Source: Desulfomonilales bacterium
Lineage (GTDB): Bacteria > Desulfobacterota > Desulfomonilia > Desulfomonilales > Desulfomonilaceae
NCBI GenBank assembly: GCA_038250835.1
Contig: JBBSBY010000002.1
Coordinates: 21,087 to 85,086 of the forward strand
DNA length: 64,000 nt
Reading direction: 5' to 3'
The translations under genes were made by a program, and so were the position numbers. The notes below the pieces were generated by a model. The model was not told where the DNA came from. It searched no databases and worked only from the letters and a program-made list of their open reading frames with translations. This document shows, in pieces, positions 61,332 to 64,000 of this stretch; within the stretch, counting starts at the first letter, position 1; every line of letters starts with the position of its first letter.

Positions 61332-63092
61332 TTATCTATCAACATCCGCCAATACGAAATCAATGCTGCCGAGAATGGCGATGAGATCCGCTATAGCCAA
61401 TCCCTTGGACATCAAAGGCAACATTTGTAAGTGGGCGAAAGATGGGGTTCGAATACGAGTCCGATAAGACATTATGTCCTCGTCGCTGGTCACATAGTAT
61501 CCGGTGGCGCCTTTCACGGATTCCGAGACCGCAAAGCACTCTCCCCGGGGGATTACAGGTCCCCAACTTACATTCAGAAAATGCTGAATAAGAGTCTCAA
61601 TATCATGGAGCGTCCTTTTCTTCTGTGGTGGAGTGGTCAATGGGTTATCCGCTTTGTAATTCCCTTCCGGCATGTTCTTCGCACATTGTTTAATAATGCG
61701 AAGACTTTGGCGCATTTCCTCTATGTGAACCCTGCATCTATCGTAAGAATCTCCGTGCACTCCCACGGGGATATCAAATTCGAGCGCATCATATCCCGAG
61801 TACGGCATTTGTTTCCTGAAGTCCCAAGCAAGTCCCGTTGCCCGAAGGCCGGGACCGGTGACGCCCCATTCTATCGCCTCTTGGGTTGTGTAACTTCCAA
61901 CACCTTTGGTTCTAGCTTGGAAAATGCCGGACTGCATCACTAAGGTTTCATATTGATCAAGTCTCTTAGGCATGTAATCAACAAAATCCAGACACAATTT
62001 TTTCCAACCCTTGGGTAAATCTTGCGCAACTCCGCCTATTCTGAACCAGTTGGTGTGCATCCTGCCGCCGCATATTGCTTCAATGATTTGAAACAGTTTT
62101 TCACGGTCAGTGAACATAAAGAATACCGGGCTCATCGCGCCGGTATCCTGGGCAAACGTGCCGTAAAACACCAAATGATTGGAAATACGAAATAATTCTG
62201 CGATCATGATGCGGATGAATTTGGCTCGATCCGGAATGTCGATGCCGGCGAGTTTTTCTACCGCCAGAAGATATGGAAAGGCGTTCATAGCTCCGGCGAG
62301 ATAATCAACTCTATCCAGATATGGAATGTAGGTATGCCATGTTTGACGTTCCGACATCTTTTCGGCAGCGCGATGATGATATCCAATATCCGGTACGCAA
62401 TCGACAATCTCTTCACCGTCCAATTCGAGGACAATTCTGAACGGTCCGTGAGTTCCGGGATGTTGAGGCCCCAAATTGAGGAACAAGAATTGGCTGCCGT
62501 CTCGGGACTTGGACATTCCCCATTCTTCAGGTTTGAATCGTAAAGATTCGTCCAGCGCCGCCGCCTTGTCCTCAGGCAGAGTGAAAGGCGGCATTTCAGT
62601 TGCGCGAGCCGGATATTCTTTGCGCAGAGGATGGCCTGTCCACCAGGGCGGCAGGAGTATTCTGCGCAGATTGGGATGTCCTTCAAACCGAATTCCAAAC
62701 AGGTCCCAAACCTCACGTTCATACCAATTCGCGTTGGACCATAGATCGGTAATGGAAGGTATTGAGGGATACTCGCCCTTGAGAGGGACGTTTAGTCTAA
62801 TGAATTCATTCCTGTCGAATGAGAGCAGGAGATATGTGAGGGTAAAATCACGAGCAAGCGAGTCTTTGTGGGACCGTAACCGTTCATCCACAGCGGTGAG
62901 ATCGAAGAGCATTTTATAAGGCTTTGGGCAGAGGTCCTTTAGGTAAGATAGGACGGCTTTAAAATCTGCGTAATTAACCCACACAGTAGGAAAATCGTCC
63001 TTGGTCGCCCCAAGTGACAAGGTATTGGGGAACTTCAGTTCGAGTTCCTCATAAACGCCCTTGACCTCAGTCATAAACTCGTATTCCTCCAC
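61332..63092 (-). CDS. nuoC: Fused NADH-quinone oxidoreductase subunit C/D
   Basis: 586 aa in a single ORF. The N-terminal NuoC part has [27 protein letters not shown]. The NuoD part has [37 protein letters not shown] and ends RTPSFAHLQ...[12 protein letters not shown]. It is colinear with the fused E. coli NuoCD. Confidence 0.96.
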   Translation of the reverse strand: MEEYEFMTEVKGVYEELELKFPNTLSLGATKDDFPTVWVNYADFKAVLSYLKDLCPKPYKMLFDLTAVDERLRSHKDSLARDFTLTYLLLSFDRNEFIRLNVPLKGEYPSIPSITDLWSNANWYEREVWDLFGIRFEGHPNLRRILLPPWWTGHPLRKEYPARATEMPPFTLPEDKAAALDESLRFKPEEWGMSKSRDGSQFLFLNLGPQHPGTHGPFRIVLELDGEEIVDCVPDIGYHHRAAEKMSERQTWHTYIPYLDRVDYLAGAMNAFPYLLAVEKLAGIDIPDRAKFIRIMIAELFRISNHLVFYGTFAQDTGAMSPVFFMFTDREKLFQIIEAICGGRMHTNWFRIGGVAQDLPKGWKKLCLDFVDYMPKRLDQYETLVMQSGIFQARTKGVGSYTTQEAIEWGVTGPGLRATGLAWDFRKQMPYSGYDALEFDIPVGVHGDSYDRCRVHIEEMRQSLRIIKQCAKNMPEGNYKADNPLTTPPQKKRTLHDIETLIQHFLNVSWGPVIPRGECFAVSESVKGATGYYVTSDEDIMSYRTRIRTPSFAHLQMLPLMSKGLAIADLIAILGSIDFVLADVDR

Positions 63093-63110
63093 ACAAGAGG
63101 TTGATCCAAA

Positions 63111-63743
63111 TTAAACTTCATCAGGAGGACGGATTTGGGTCATTTTACGGCGGGCCTCCTGCTTTATATCACGCATAAACGGTTTTTCGGCTTTGGTAAT
63201 CCCCTGTGGACCAACAACCCAACTTAACGGTCGCTTTTCCGAGGCAACCGCTTTCTGGAGCAAAAGAAGTCCTTCCATCAGAGCTTCCGGCCTGGGTGGA
63301 CATCCGGGGACATAAACATCCACAGGCATAAACTTGTCTACACCCTGCACAACACTGTAGATGTCGTACATTCCACCGGAATTCGCGCAGGACCCCATTG
63401 AGATAACCCACTTAGGCGACATCATTTGTTGATATAGCCTTCGCACTACGGGCGCCATTTTTATAAAAACCGTACCGGCCACCACCATGAGATCCGCTTC
63501 ACGCGGAGAAGCGCGGATCACCTCGGCGCCGAATCTGGCGATATCAAATTTACTGGTGAATACGGCGGCCATTTCCACGTAGCAACAGGACAGTCCAAAG
63601 TTCAAAGGCCACAGGGAGTTTTTTCTTCCCCAGGCGACCAGCGCCTGTAAGTTAGTAACAAGTATTCCATTACGCGCGGCTTCATCAACCGTGTTCTTAT
63701 CCTGATATTCTTCTTCAGGCCTGGTTAAGGTCCACATTGCCAT
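63111..63743 (-). CDS. nuoB: NADH-quinone oxidoreductase subunit B
   Basis: It has [20 protein letters not shown] and PGCPPRPE. I trimmed the start to the ATG at 63743 ([12 protein letters not shown]...), which parallels E. coli MDYTLTR. The track ORF starts at 63779. Confidence 0.95.
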   Translation of the reverse strand: MAMWTLTRPEEEYQDKNTVDEAARNGILVTNLQALVAWGRKNSLWPLNFGLSCCYVEMAAVFTSKFDIARFGAEVIRASPREADLMVVAGTVFIKMAPVVRRLYQQMMSPKWVISMGSCANSGGMYDIYSVVQGVDKFMPVDVYVPGCPPRPEALMEGLLLLQKAVASEKRPLSWVVGPQGITKAEKPFMRDIKQEARRKMTQIRPPDEV

Positions 63744-63902
63744 TTTCGATGTTCTTTCGTGTAAATTTCGCCATTGCAAAATGATAAAACTATCGGACCA
63801 GTCTTATTTATGAAACTTAGTAGTTTATGTCTCCGCGCTTATTTGACTACTTGTGTCCGTCTGATGTCACTATTAGGCAAATTTATGTATTTGTAAGATG
63901 CT

Positions 63903-64000
63903 TCATTCCTTGACGGGAATCTTATCCGCGCGTTGTCTCCAGGTTGTCGCGTCAAGCGCCCCGACCAGCCACAGATACACCAAACCGGCAAATAAAAAGA
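63903..64000 (-). CDS. nuoA: NADH-quinone oxidoreductase subunit A, C-terminal 31 codons only (5' part beyond the window)
   Basis: Manual minus-strand translation gives ...FLFAGLVYLWLVGALDATTWRQRADKIPVKE*. It resembles the NuoA C-terminus (E. coli ...AGLVYLVRIGALDW...). It is not in the ORF track because it is truncated. Confidence 0.75.
   Translation of the reverse strand, partial: FLFAGLVYLWLVGALDATTWRQRADKIPVKE

Noticed and set aside
60613-61467. 284-aa plus-strand ORF spanning the nuoF, nuoE and nuoCD junctions
   Set aside because: It is antisense to three strongly conserved nuo genes and I recognise no motifs in it. The same reasoning applies to other long antisense ORFs: 12227-12916 in nusA, 10621-11121 and 8612-9070 in infB, 38888-39343 in lutA and 61431-61943 in nuoCD.

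Overview
This 64 kb window reads as densely packed core chromosome, not an accessory island. Nearly every long ORF is a recognisable housekeeping gene in a conserved order.

Gene content, left to right:
- a truncated membrane Fe-S oxidoreductase, an XRE/cupin regulator and an acyl-CoA dehydrogenase
- an alpha-glucan phosphorylase
- the tRNA-Gly / rimP-nusA-ylxR-infB-DUF503-rbfA-nrnA block (minus strand)
- a CNNM/CorC protein and a PpiD-like chaperone
- mreBCD-mrdA-rodA followed by a bactofilin
- an F1Fo operon with b', b, delta, alpha, gamma, beta and epsilon only
- a TPR-like ORF, an Xaa-Pro aminopeptidase and efp
- a short, less conserved stretch at about 33-43 kb: an unknown 577-aa protein, TPR and GGCT-like lipoproteins, lutA-lutC, an MltD-like transglycosylase, a histidine-kinase-like protein, a nicotinamidase and an exported nitroreductase
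- rny, a candidate 6S RNA, zapA and zapB
- a DASS-type permease and an atypical sigma54-activator-like regulator
- a complete E. coli-type nuo operon (nuoA partial, B, fused CD, E-N) on the minus strand

The gene set (RNase Y, b/b' ATP synthase without a/c, HdrD-like Fe-S protein next to an acyl-CoA dehydrogenase) resembles Desulfobacterota-like anaerobes. The taxon cannot be established from this window.

I saw no CRISPR array, transposase, integrase, phage gene or recognisable defence gene, and I do not find a convincing novel multi-gene system.

The best leads are single-gene oddities:
- a sigma54-activator-like protein with its ATPase and sigma54-contact signatures substituted
- a lipoprotein with a GGCT/AIG2-like domain that seems to lack the catalytic Glu
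- a histidine-kinase-like protein with a degenerate ATP-binding domain
- lutA-lutC without lutB
- an acidic 577-aa protein of unknown family downstream of efp
- an unannotated rod-shaped RNA, probably 6S, downstream of zapA

All motif comparisons were made by eye against remembered consensus or E. coli sequences and need computational confirmation.
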